Shown here: positions 12,111 to 25,448 of the stretch, piece by piece | How positions within the stretch are numbered: position 1 is the first letter of the stretch | How the letters are laid out: each line of letters opens with the position of its first letter | Origin: Camelus ferus | Lineage: Eukaryota | Reading direction: 5' to 3' | DNA: 64,000 nt | NCBI RefSeq assembly: GCF_009834535.1 | Contig: NC_045707.1 | Location: forward strand, 50,222,001 to 50,286,000 | Notes under the pieces: model-generated | What the model was told of the DNA's origin: nothing | What the model saw: the letters and a program-made list of their open reading frames with translations, nothing else | Database searches by the model: none | Made by a program: the position numbers and the translations under genes

Positions 12111-14819
12111 ACAATCTAAGTTAAAATCAATGGTGAACTTTTAAGAGATGTTTAAAATTTAAGTTTTTAACTAGCAAACAAAAACAATAAGACAAATTTT
12201 AAAGAGTAATAGGTTGGTCCAACTTTCAAGGCTCTTGTTACATATTTTAACTGGTTGTGACATAGTCATGTAAAAAGATCCTTCCTTGATGTGGTAAATT
12301 CATCCTTTCTGGTATGGAGATCAATATGTGGGGAGATCAAAAGTAAGAAATACAGGATTGTTTTGGAAGAGATTTTCAAGAATTTATCTTGTCAAGGGAA
12401 AGCACTAGCATGATTAAGCTCAAAGAGATAGCAGTATTACGCTATATTTTAGTAATATCCTATCTCCCCGTTTTGATCCCACTGCTTTGACTATTCATAT
12501 GCGTTGACCTGTCTCAAACTTTCTTTGCATGTTTCGTTTTTTTTGTCTCCCTTTTCCTTATTTTCTTTTGCCTTCCCCAATCATCTATTCTCTTTCTTCC
12601 ATTCACCCATTCTCTCTCTCCTTCCTTGACTTCTTTCTCTTTTCTTTTCTCAATTAAATTGTTTATAATTTTTTTATGGATTGAGAAATAATGGGAATAT
12701 TTGCGTTAAACATTACTCATAAATAATCTCCATGGAATAAAACTGTCACTGTCTTAAATTGCACATGGTAAAATTTGTTATTGATTAAAAATTAAAGGAA
12801 GAATAAGATCTTCTTAACAATGTTTAGATCTACAAATTCTAACCCAGGAATATTGAACTTGGTAGGTAAAACGGCTACAAAGGAAAACTCACAAAGAAAG
12901 AAAAAAATCATTAAAAATTAATATGACAAAAAACTTGATGAATTAAATTATTTTATAATTTAGATGGAAAACAAATAATGCCAATAAATTAACCTCAGTT
13001 AAATAAAGAAGAAAATTGAAAAAATATTAAAAATGGTTACAGGACTACCTTGAACAAGGAATAATTTGGCTTAGTGGTATTTGCTTTGGGAACTAATTTC
13101 CTGATGAAAATTTGATCAACATTGACCTAATCTGATCAAAATGTTTGTACTATAAACAGTCTCAGGGTCAAAATTTCTTCAGAGGCAAAAACAGCTGGGT
13201 CAAAATGGGGTTGAACTATAACTACTATTTTGTAATCTGATTTTTATATAACAATTTACTTTGTAGAACTTTCCATGTCATTGAATATTTCTCTGTAATA
13301 TTTCAATGACTACATATTCCATTTTGTGAAAATGCAATAGTTTACTTAACTAGTCTTCTATTACTAGACTGTTTTAAACTTTCTACTATTACCAGTTTGT
13401 GAACAGCATCTTTATAGATAGGTGGCACACTTTTTAGAAAAGGAACATTTCTTGAATCTTTCTATTTCTGTATGGATTTCAGAAATAGATATTGTCTGGA
13501 AAACTGCTGTGAAGGAAAAGAGACTCTGTATATCTTTCTGTTTCCTTCATCCAAGTTCTGGTTATTTGGCATTGACTATTTATTAAATAAGAGCCTTTTG
13601 GATTAAATTACAACTTTTTAACTTCCAATGTTGTCTGAAACTGTGACAAAATATGAGATAGCATCTGATCTTGTCTTTTAAAGTAAGCAAACCCAAAATA
13701 CCTCAACTCAAATAGCTCAAAAACAGCATGAAAGGATGGAAATGTCATATAGGAGCTGCTAGGATTTGACCCGTTGCAATTTATTTGACTTATGCTTATT
13801 CCAATGCTATTTATAGTCAAAGGTAAATATAATTTTAGGTCTCTTTTTGAAACCACAAGCAGAACCAAAAGTGGTTTCTGTAAAAGGCCAGAAGAAACAG
13901 ATGGGGGACAAACTAATTTCATACTCATTGGCTAGCAAAGTAAATACAATTCATGAACAGTCATTGAATGAATGAATAAGTAAGTTAGTGAAAACTGAAC
14001 ATTAATTTCATATCTTATGACAAGCAAGATATCTACAAAGTCTATCACCCAGCACCTAATACTGCAAGTTCAGATTTTCAACATGAATTCTTGCCAGATG
14101 AATGAAGAAATAAATTCACACGTTTGCTTCCTTGGACACCACTATTTAAAAACGTCTGAGACCAATGTGATCACATTGTAGTGCTGGTTACACCAGGTAG
14201 CCAATGGCATGGACTTGGGCTTACGGTGACATTGTGTGACTGGTGATGAATACTTTGAGGAAGTTAGTTTACCTAGCAGAAATAACCAGAGTATAAAACA
14301 TCTACAAGGTGCCAGGCACACTCCCTTTCTGTAGATGAAGAAACAGAGGCTGAGAAAGTTAAAAACAAACAGACAAAAGGAACAAAAACTCTTTCAAGGT
14401 TGCACAGGCAAGAGATTTAGCTGAGATAGTTACCTACTTCTTTATGATCCCAAAGGCTGTGAGCTCGACTACACCCATTGACTCTCTTAAATTTATAATC
14501 CAGTATTTCTTAAAATCACTCATAATCCCAGTACCCAGAGACAGTAGCTGGTATTTTATAGAATTTTAGGAATCCTTTCCTTATTTTCAGTAAAAGATAT
14601 TTGGTATTACACTTTCCATTCTGTATTGTGGTTTCCTTTATTTAATTTTTTTTTCTTTTTCTTTCCACGATTTATTTGAACATTTCCTCATGATATACAC
14701 CTTAGTGGCAACTTCCCCTACCAGAAACCCAAGGAAATTATAAAATCTTTGAGGGGAGACATTTTAAAAAAGATACATTAACCACAGTGTTGAGGGTAAT
14801 ACTGGGCATAAAGGAGATA

Positions 14820-15060
14820 ATAACAACTATTACAGCTAAATAATATAGTGTTGATTTTGTGCCAGGCATTGGTCTAATTATAATATGGATTAGTTTACTT
14901 AGCTTTTTTAAAAAATCCACGTGGCAACATTATCAGTATCCCATTTTCCCTATGAGAAAAGTGTCCAGGTCACTTAAGGTCAGTAAGTGGTGGAGGCAGG
15001 TTAAACCCGGTCAGTTTGGCTCTGGAATCCATGGTTCTAACCACTATGCTCATCTACCTA
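14820..15060 (-). mobile_element. MIR
   Basis: 'gtgccaggcattggtctaa...cccattttccctatgagaaaa...aaggtcagtaagtggtggaggcagg...aaccactatgct'. Confidence 0.8.
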
Positions 15061-15934
15061 AAATAGATCTGCAATGAATACTTGTCAGCTCTAGGAAATG
15101 GGAGTAAAGGTAATTGTGGGTATGCTTTGACATTCTCATGTGTAAAAAGCCTATGTTCATCCCCATTGCTGAACTGCCTGAATTCTAGATTCCTCTGCTA
15201 GGCCTTCTAATTTAAAAAACCATCCTTATTTCTCCCAATTTCTCTTTGAACTTTTGATCTGGTGAGACTGGATGCATGACTACACCATATCCATCCCCAG
15301 TTTTTAAAACTTGACTCTATCCAAATTTTCTCCACCATTGAAGACAGTTTAGTTCCTGGGTCCTCCACAAAACATTCCCTGTGTCCTTCAGGCTTGGTTT
15401 CCTGTCTCTTCTTTGGACTCTTCTGGTCTTTTTGTCTTATTTCTCTTCATACTCCTTAATGTTTCACAAAAAGACACTTTGATTTGTAGTAGGCAGGAAA
15501 TTAATATTGCTTTGCTGAGTGAAGAAACACCCAAGTGAGTAAGTGAGACTTACACTCTTTTGCAACTGATTGCATCTGCTGTAGTCTTATCTCTGTAAAT
15601 AGACTATAAGCTCTTGGCAATGCAGGATCAACGTTGACCATTTCTCCATCCCCCAAGCACCTGATATAATCTGAATCAGCACAAGATCCTTAACCAATAC
15701 GGTGTTATTGTGACTCAGCATGGAGTCCATAAATGGTGAAGATGGTGACCTCTTTCTTTTTTGACAGTATCACTTTGCTGAATTGGTTATAGAGAATAAG
15801 ACTTACTTATTTTACTCTTTTATTGGATGCACTTACTTTCTTATTTATTTGTGTTTTCTATTTGTTTGTTAAGAATATTTAATGAATGAATCATTTTCAG
15901 GGTTAACAAATTGAATTAAAATTAAAAAATATTT

Positions 15935-17300
15935 TTTAACTGTTGCCGGTGTATAGAAAAGCAATTAACTTTTGTGTTTTAAATTTATATTCAGCAACTA
16001 TTCTAACCTCATGTATTGATTTTATTAATTTAACTATAGATTCTTTCAGATTTCCTATTCATGTAGTCATACTGTCTGACAATAATGACAGCTACGTTTC
16101 TTCCTTTTCATTCTTAAAGCTTCTATTAATTTTTATTGGCTTATTTTATTGGCTAGGATATTTAATTTAATATCGAATAAAAGTGGTGATAGGAGGCATC
16201 ATTGTCTTGTGCCTTGTCTCAAAGAGAAAGTTTTTGTATTGCACCATAAAGTGGGAATTCTTGAATCCTTGGTTTGGTGTTTTCAGCCATTAGCCTTTAA
16301 ATATTGCTTCCGTCCCATCTGGTCTTTATCTTTTTCATGAATCCTGTTGTATGTTAGAGTTTATTACTGTTATCAGTTCTGTCTCTTTCCATCCTTTTAT
16401 GTCTCATTTTATTCTGAATATTTCTTTTGATCTAGCCCTAATTTCACAAATTTCCTCTTAATCTCACCTAATCTGTTGTTAAATGCATCCACTGCATCCC
16501 CAAATTCAATTGTGCTTTTCAATGAATTTATAAAGCTTCTATGTGGCTCTTTGTTAATACTTTACAGTTCTCTGCCAAAATTCTCAATCTTGTCTTTTGT
16601 CTCCATCAACATTATAAATAGTGAATGCTGTATTTTAAACTCTGTGTCTGATTAAGTCCAATACCTTGAAGTACCTGTTGCTTGATTTCTATTGTCTGTT
16701 TTTTCTGGTGCTTTTAATTTATGTGATTTTATTTCTCTTGTGCCTGGTTATTTTTGTTTTATTTAGGATATTGTGCAGAATTGTTTAGAGAAATAATCTG
16801 AGGTCTAGGATAATCTTACCTTTCTCTAAAGAGAATTAACATTTGCTCTGCCAAGTTTCTGACTGTGTTTGCAATATGGCAAGTTTCAGGTGTGGAAATG
16901 ATGTAAAGGTGTCCTGCAGTTCCTTAAAGACCTGTTTATTCTGGGTTCATCCTTAAGAAGTATCTTTCAGAGTCTCAACAGAGAGCAAGGAATGTTCACC
17001 GGGGCCCTCCTCCTTGGTGGATCCTGGCCCCAAACTTTGTCCCCCTTGCTCTGGCAGATTGTTAAAAGTACTCCAGCTCAGTTTCTCAGCTTCTCAGCTT
17101 CTCAGCCACTTTATCTGAAATTGGCATACATCCCCAGGGGAAAAGTGGCCCCAAATGCAGAAATTTTCTTTCTGGGATTCTGCCTTTTCTTGCATCTTTA
17201 TACATTTTCAGTGCTATGTTGGCTTTTCAATGCCTTCTAGTAGAAATATTTATATCATAGGACTTGTCCTCATTATGTAGTCTGCTATTAGTGAAATCAG
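15935..17300 (-). mobile_element. Old L1M fragments (ORF2 piece joined to an ORF1/5' or HAL1-like piece)
   Basis: Antisense ORF2 motifs 'tatagaaaagcaattaacttttgtg' and 'aagtggtgataggaggcatcattgtcttgt', followed by T-rich ORF1-like antisense sequence. Confidence 0.7.
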
Positions 17301-18059
17301 AATGTCTCTGTTTTCTTGACTTTTCATTTTAGATTTTTTTGTGCTCCACTCTCTATACTGTTTAAGGGAATGAATCTCTTGAAATTTACTGTATAGTCCT
17401 GCTTTTTTAAAAAAAAAAATCACTGCCATGTGAGTTGCTTGGATATCTAAAACCCTAGCTACTTAAAGTGAACAGAGTGATGGGGGTTTGTTGTAAAAAT
17501 GGACTGGACATGTTCACTCATACCAAAACACAGCTGGAAAAAGTTGTAAGACCAGTGTTGAAAATAAGCTGTTAAAAAGAAAAGCATCCTGTCAAATTAG
17601 ACTTTCCTGTATCACAAAAATATTTTATTCCTTTTCATTACAAAATACTGTTTACCAACATAGGTGTACTGATGTTGGCTTTTCTGCTTAGAAAAAGAAG
17701 ACTGTAATATCATATTTGTATTCCTTAGCAACTCTAAAATAACACATCATAGCATATTAATAGAAGAAAAATAGCAAATTGATCAAGGGACAAGTTTGAG
17801 CTTCACATTTCCTTTGGATTTTTAAAAATAACAGCCAGTGGAGAAAAAAATATAACATTTTTTGGGAAGTTCCCTTTTAAGGTTTTTATCAGAAATAACT
17901 ATGGACAGGATTTATGCCAAACAGAAAGGTATCCTGTTAACTCTGAGAGACACAGTAAAAACAAAAATAAATACTAAATGGTGAAAATAATTGTTTCCCT
18001 AGGACTAATAATATATTTTCGTTTCCAGTTATAAACAATGGATATAGATGAGGCTCTAT

Positions 18060-18490
18060 CAAATCCAGAGTGATTTTTTTTCTAAACAATGCAATTCAAA
18101 TCAGTCCTACAATGGACACCAATTGCACCTAGAAGCAGAAACTCAGTCATCATATGACTTACAAGAAACTACCTAACCTCCATGCTTTGACTCACCCTCT
18201 CCCTTCCTTCATTGGGTTCCATCACCGCCCGGCTTTCTTTGTATTCCTTGAACACACCAAGATTTATTCTACCATAAAATTTTGCACTTGTTGGTGTTTC
18301 TACCCAGAAGCTCTTGTCTTCAGCTTTTCTGTTGGCTGGCCTCATTTTTGTTGTTCAGGTTACAACTTCAATTCCTCAATTAGAACTTTTCTCACAAACA
18401 GTCTAAATTAACCTCCTCTTATCTTCGCTGCCCCTAGCTCAATCCATTCTAACAGCTTGTTCCATTTGCTTCATAGCAGGAGCAAAATAA
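18060..18490 (+). mobile_element. L2 fragment
   Basis: 'ggctttctttgtattccttgaacacaccaag...tttgcacttgttgg'. Confidence 0.6.
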
Positions 18491-18682
18491 ATCCTGGTAC
18501 TAAGACTGTAACGAAGTTTCCAGTTACCATGACTACCTTTAATCAACGTCTATATGTCTATATCCTGAATCTGGCTAAAAATGTGGACTGCTGTTATCTG
18601 GCATAGATTTTGGACTAATAATTAAATCCAGTTATATGAAAAGTCTACCACTCTCTACCAAGGGAAGTTTCAGTTTTCACCT

Positions 18683-18916
18683 GTGGTAGGTAGAATTCTA
18701 AAATGGCCTCCAAGATTCCCACCCCTTGGAGTACGTACACTGTACATACCCAGCTTATGCCTATGAATATAAGGGGCTTCACTCCTGTGATTTAGGTTAT
18801 ATTATGTAGCAAAGGGGAAGGGATTTGGCAAATGGAATGAAGGTTCCACTTGAACTGACTTTGAGTTATTCAGTAAGGAGATAATCCTGAGTGAGTCTGA
18901 CCTAATCGGATGGGCA
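18683..18916 (+). mobile_element. MaLR LTR 5' part (MLT1E-like)
   Basis: Starts 'tgtggtaggtagaattctaaaatggcctccaagattccc' and contains 'ggagataatcctgagtgagtctgacctaatc'. Confidence 0.8.
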
Positions 18917-19489
18917 GCTGCAAATTCGGAGCCTAAAACATGAACACGACCTACTTCTGTACCAAACACCTCAGGAATGTGAGTAAGTGCAAATAATTTA
19001 ACCATGTTAATTTCATGGCATTAGTGCAATCAGTCCTTCCAGAAAAATGAAGAACTCTTTATAATTTAATAAGCCCTTCCTAGTTTCCCTCTTTAAAGCT
19101 TATTTTTTAAGTTTACCATGATCTCAAAACAGAGGTCCCTCAGGTTCTTTATATCAATTGCAGTCTGCCAGTGTCTGTCACACGTGGTAAGGCCCCTTTA
19201 AACCTTATGTGATAAGAACAATGTGACATAGCTCCACAGACCTGGAGCCTACAAAATAGTAGGCTAGGCCAAAAATCAATGAGGCTGAAGGTAATTGTGA
19301 ATTTTTTTTTTTTTTTTGAATGGTAAATGTTTTGATGGCAAGACTCTTGAAACTGTTCTGCTGATACAGTCACATATTTGTGTAAGAGACAGCAGGAGGC
19401 GGATATAGTGCTAGCCATTAGGTTGTGTTATGTTTAAAAGGAACATTAATTCTATTGTTTCTGGTTTAAAAGTAAACTGTATCCACAAT

Positions 19490-20055
19490 GCCTGCCGAGA
19501 CTCCATCCGATGTTCCGCAATACCCACATTCATTAAGCACTTTATTGCCATCTATTCATTTCATCCCTTTGTCAAGCCCAGGCTCATTCCACAGCCACCC
19601 ACCCACCCCGCCCCCGCCCTGTTCACCTTGAAGAAGGGGCGCGTTTCCCTTCCTTCTATGTGGCTTTTTTTTTGGAGGGGGGGGCCGATTCCTAATTATT
19701 TTCCTGCATTAGTTGAAGCTGCTAGCAAAGTAGCTCCAAGAACAGACTTAAGAGTGACAGATTTTGACTTTCATGTAAAATTATAAACGCGTGTCCATGG
19801 AAACAGAAAGGAAAGCAAAACCTGAGATTCCCTTCCTTTTTGTCTTGCCGTGTGGCACCATGAAAAATAACCAGTGGAAACAGTTGAGAACAATTACATG
19901 TTGCAGCAAATCCAATATCCCAGGTGTCAGGAAGGCACCGTTTCACAACCTGTGGATTTTTGTCTACTGCTGAGGAGATGCGCTTAAACACCGTGCAGCC
20001 GCTATAAATCTCAATGTGCGATTCTAACCTATCATAACCTGAAAGCATCCGAATG
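19490..20055. promoter_or_regulatory. CpG-enriched promoter/enhancer-like island
   Basis: Tandem GC boxes at 19606-19619, RFX X-box-like GTGTCCATGGAAAC at 19791-19804, and about 15 CpGs in ~560 bp of non-repeat DNA. Confidence 0.45.
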
Positions 20056-20151
20056 TTAGGTTTTAAGAAATATTTGTTTGGCTAGAATGAATGTGACAGT
20101 TTTGAAATGACAAAGATGCATTTATCTGTGGAATACTTTATTTATTTATTG

Positions 20152-20576
20152 GTGTACTGCTGTGATGGCTGTGGAAATTTGCCATTGACATTTCCTTCAA
20201 GAGAAGCTGCTGGCGAAACATAGTTGATGGAGACCTTCGACTGCCCTCCCTTAGACTCCATCCTAGTGGCCACTTTTTCGATGGCTGTCCCCAACCAATG
20301 ACCAGATGGCAGGAAGATCTGGGACCTTTTTCAACAACCAATTTTGGCTCAGCAACTCCCCATTCATCTGGTGGAAACTTATGCAGAATTGCCCTGAAGG
20401 CTGACACTCCTCTACCCCATCCCCCTTCCTTCTCTCTTTGCATCTGGCAGTGGGAGCCTCTCCCTGGCTACGCCTGCTCCCTCCTCTTTATCCTTCACTG
20501 GTATTCCCCCAACAAATCTTTTGCATGTCTCATCACACTGTGGTGTCTGCTTTTCAGTGGACCCCAGCTGGCACAA
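20152..20576 (+). mobile_element. ERVL solo LTR (LTR16A-like)
   Basis: TG...CA ends; 3' part 'ttatccttcactggtattccccaacaaatcttttgcatgtct...tctgcttttcagtggacccagctggcaca'. Confidence 0.75.
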
Positions 20577-22104
20577 TGGCCTTTTTCCAGAAAAGAATGT
20601 AAAATGGTTTATGTAGGGACCAGTAATACAATAAGAGATTTAAAATAGGCATGGAAAATTAGGAAATGGGAAAATAAAGTTAAGAAAGCTGAATGGAGCC
20701 CAAAGGGGGTTATTTACAGAATGAATATTATATATGGGTCACAGATTTGGCTCCAGGAGTGAAGTGTATCTGCCAACAGAAATTGGAAACATGTGAATAA
20801 TATAATTCCTATTTTACAATTTAGAATAATAACTAATAACCTATAGAAGATGTTGGGAAAATAAAAATTTCTTACTGTCAAAGCAATTTTGACCATGTCT
20901 TGATTATCTGTGTTAGGGACTTATAGGAGGGGTATAGATATAGCCAGTTCATGGAAATTTTAAGAAATCAGTTCCATCCGGTATTGGATACACAAGCATA
21001 TATTGTGCAAATATATAATGTATTTATAGTAGATTTTCTTTTTCTAATATTTTTCTTAGATTCATATTAACATTAGTTGGCATATATCCTAAATTTTACG
21101 ATGTGTGACAGTAGTGGGAAGAAATGAAAATATCTTGTGGATCTTTCACAGTGGGAGCCTCATGACAGCTATTCTTTGAGAATATGTTGGTACCAGCAGG
21201 CCCATCATGTCCTCACGGTTCTTCATATAAGTCAAAGTGACCAATGTCATCTCAAGCCAATCTCGGCCTGAAATCCATGTCTGAACAAGTGTACTGTACA
21301 TTCAGCGGTCATAAAAATAAACTACTAATTAACTTTACTTATGCACAATATTGTATTCTCCTCTGATGACTAACCTTTTACATTATTTGTTGTGGAAAAG
21401 TAACTTCTTGTCAGCGAAGGCTCTAGGGTTAGAGTAGACACTAAGTTGAGCGTAAGTCAGCACTGCAGTTTTGTTGAAAAAGGTCAAACACAACACTAGA
21501 ATATATAAATATAAATGTGGAACCCTGCATGGACAGAATAACACTAAAATGCTCTCTAATAGGGAAGCAGAATAATAGTGCTTAAACACCACGAGCTGGA
21601 GTTGATGAAAGTTAGCCATCATTGTCATATTACCGTCTTCATTTCTGTCTATCAACTCTTACTCTTTCAACCCTTTTTTAGGGGAACATAATTCAGAAAG
21701 TTTTAGCCAATTACTTTGAGCCAGAAGACAGGCAGACTCAATCTACAGTTATTACTGTTGTCCCTCTAATACTTGTAAAATACAGTATAGCTATGATGAT
21801 TGCTTGCTTCATTTTATCTCCATTTAAAAATTATTAGCTCATTACCATATATAATCTTTGCTTTTTACCACCAAACACCATTCCAAGCTTGACTTGGGAG
21901 GTCTACTGATATCACATAATGATGTATATTAACTAGAGTCAGTGTTAGAGCATTCAGATGATAGGTCATATGCTAAGCAGTACAATTTAGGGAGAATTCA
22001 GGAGTTACTCAGGAAAGAAACAGAGCTTGTTAAAGCGCCAGAAGATCTGTAAGAAATGGAGATACAGAGCATTTTCCTGCTGGAGAAACCAGAATTCTAG
22101 CTAA

Positions 22105-22760
22105 TACGGCTTTGAAAAAAATCAAGGTATCATTTACATACAGTCATATGCACCGATCTTAAAAGTTTCATGAATTTTTAAAGAGTGAACGCACTCAGAT
22201 AAACAGAATCCAGTTTAAGATAATACTGCAGTCCCAATAACCTAGAAACTTCAATCATGCCCTGTGAATAAGTCATTAAGGTAGCCCTCAAAATAACCAT
22301 TACTCTGATTTCTGGTCATTGTAGACCATTTTTGCCAGTTTTTGAAACTTCCCTCTGTATAGTACTCACTTTTCTTTCTTTCTTTTGTCCTGATTGCTTT
22401 AGTTCAACATTATAGTTTTAAGTTTCATCCATGTTATGTGTAGCAGAAATTAATTTTAATATTTATACAGAATTGCACTGCATGACTTACCCATTCCATT
22501 GATGAGGGACACCTGAGCTATTGCCAGGTTTTGGCAGTTATGAACAATGCTGCTCTGAACATTCTTTTATATGTCTTTTGGTGCACATAGATACACTTTC
22601 CTATTGTGTTTATCTGTCCTAGATTATGTTCAGCTTTAATAGATACAGCTAGATAGCTTTTCAAAGGAGATGTATCAACTTGCACGATAACCAGAAGTGT
22701 ATGGCATTTTGTTTGTTCCATATGCTTATAGACGAGGGATATTGTCACTTTGCCATCTTT
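22105..22760 (-). mobile_element. Old L1 (L1MC/ME-type) 3' region
   Basis: 'ttccattgatgagggacacctgagctattgccaggttttggcagttatgaacaatgctgctctgaacatt'. Confidence 0.8.
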
Positions 22761-25249
22761 AGCTCAGATCTAATACATTCCTTGTTAATCAGCTGCCATA
22801 TTCATGAGATAGTGTTCTGAGATCAAGAAGATTTTGGAGATAGAAAAGATGGAGAAGAAATATTTAAAACGTTATGAAGGGACGAGGACAAGCAACGAAA
22901 CAAAGGAGAGAAGGGAAGGATTACCTGAGTGAGCTGCAGAAAGACTCCTTGTGCATTTTCGGCACCTTCGGAAGAAAACTTCTTCCACCTGATTTGAAGC
23001 TCTGATTCCTTGGGTTACAAACCTATGATGATGGGGGAAAGGTAAGTAAATAAAAATAGTAAGCAAATGTAGAATAAAAATTAATAGACCTTCTCTAAGT
23101 AAGACCTAAATGTCACTGGAAAGGTCTAGAAGGGAAGTAGTAAGTATTAAATATTTTGTAGTCTTATATATTTTCCCTGTCCGCTGCTTCCATCTAATGC
23201 ATTTACCCAATATCTTTATGAAGTATTTTTGATATCAAAAAAATTGGAGATGGAAAAGAGAAAAAGGTGATGTCTGATTCCTTCCTTTTCTTTCCTTTGC
23301 TCTTTCCCTTCAGACTTTCTTCAGGCTCACCTAACACATCTTTTCTCTGGGGCGTGAAGTGAGGGTGTCAGAAGTGGTTCACCACCCTGTGAAATCTCAA
23401 AGGTCCAAGCTAAGCCATCCTCAAGAAGCTAAAGTACTGTTGGCTTATAATGGAGGTGACATGACACTGGATATCTTCTGGGCAAATGACTTTTTATTGA
23501 TTCTGTTCACCTAATCTTCTAGCTTTGAAGAAAAAAAACTTCTAGTTTAATGGCTTTTTGAAGGGAAGTTCCTAAAGGGTTAAAACCTTCCACATACTTA
23601 AAATTTATTGTTCACCTGAGTAATTTTCTGTTTAGTAATGCTAGCTTCAATTAAAAACTGGTAGGGGGAGAGAGACACCATTGAACATAGAGAAACCGTG
23701 TCTCTTTGGGTTGGCTTGCTAATTCTGTGCATCCCTCCCTCGCCCCCCGCCCCCTCTGCTAGCCATCTGGAAGAAGGGAACAGGCTTCAAGTTAAATTTG
23801 GCGATTTATGAGGCATAGGATACAGAGTTGCTCTGTTCATTTGAATTGAAAATTGGATCCAATTCTGGAGACTTCACGGTAAGCATCAACCTTCTGGATT
23901 GAGCTATAAATCTGGAAATGACTCTGTAACATTATTTGCTTTGATTTAATGGGGCAAAACGCTGTCTCACACCTAGCAAAAAAGCAATGGAGCAATAACA
24001 CTTGAACTGCTGTACTTGTCATCTTTTCTTTTGGCTAAGAATGCTGAATAACTTTAAAAGATTTTTTGCCCAAATTAGCATTAAGTTGAACTGGTCTGAT
24101 AACCTGGAATCTTTTCCAGGAAACTTCATTGGTGCTGTTCTCTTTATGTTAGCAAGACACTGTCTCTGTTACTATCCTAAATTAGCTGACGGCATGATTT
24201 GTGGACTGAAAGTAAGGGGAAAGAGAGGCATACTGCTGCAAAACAATTAATACAACATTGCACAGAATGCCAAAACACACACCTTCTGCTATTACTATGA
24301 CTTACTTAATCTCCTGTTAATATGTATTCTTATACTACTTGGTACTGAAGGCTTGAGAATATTAATAATAATGTTGGTGAGAGCTGGATTTTCACCAAGA
24401 GCATTTTTTACTTTGCAAAAGCAATAATGTTAGAAGCTAAGTGGGTGTCTGTACTTCTTTTTGGCTCTCACAGAGAATTTTTCTGGGGCTACAGGAATAT
24501 TGGATACTTATTTCCCAGGTAGAACATATCCAAGTAATTAAGAAAATGGACCTAATCTATGAAAAATAGATCCACAGGCCAGCAAGGGTTTAAATATTGG
24601 CTGGCTGAGTAATCTCTCTTCATTTTCCTCTTTCTGTTTTTTAAGACAATGTAGACAACATGGAATAGATAATGAACCCACTCTCTGCACGATGTTAACT
24701 TCTGCACCACCCAGAGTCCAAAGGCTAAAGGGGCAGTAGAGATTGTCTAGTTTAATCTTTCCTTTGTACGGACGAGATAATATGTGGTTCAAGAAATTAA
24801 CTGGGGTTGAACCACACCACCTCTCTGCTATCTTTCAATCATCAGATTCTGTATATAAGTCTATAAAATGAGTTGAACTAGAGATGAACAACCATTGACT
24901 GTCACTAGGTACATGTTGTAAGAGCCTATGGTTAGAGGAGTGGTTGCAGGAAATCCTTTTATTTCATATTTCATATCTTTTACTCTAAATGAGTTAAAGT
25001 CACTTTTCTGAGTGCAAAAAAAATGAATGTGTGAATGAGAATTGGACCTTCTCACATAACATGTTATTTAACAATGAAATATCTTCCTAGCCATCTGGCC
25101 ATCCACTAACTTACTTATTCAATAATCATGTACCATGTGCTTGACAAGGTGCTGGTTGCCAAGGCTGCAGGGTAAACAATACAGATTCGGTCCTTGCCTT
25201 CGAGTGTGACACTTTGACCAGTGGGGACACAGATCTATACAGACACGTA

Positions 25250-25448
25250 TAAAATGTCCCGTCAGTCCTAAGGTACACATTCCACTGCTGCCCCCCCCCC
25301 CCCATATTTTAATGTATTTGACCTCAGGACACATCCTAAAATTGAAAGAGTGTCATAGCTTAATTAATATCCTTTCTGTTCTCTTCATGATATGTAATAT
25401 AGTGGCGTGTCTAATAACTGCTGGCATTCTAAATTCGATGCGATATTG
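25250..25448. mobile_element. MER104-like Tc2/pogo non-autonomous DNA transposon
   Basis: 'cctaaggtacacat...catattttaatgt...catagcttaatt...atagtggcgtgtctaataactgctggcattctaaattcgatgcgata' follows the remembered MER104 layout. Confidence 0.6.

Noticed and set aside
20138..20648. ORFs of 101 and 116 aa
   Set aside because: They lie largely within the LTR16A-like solo LTR.
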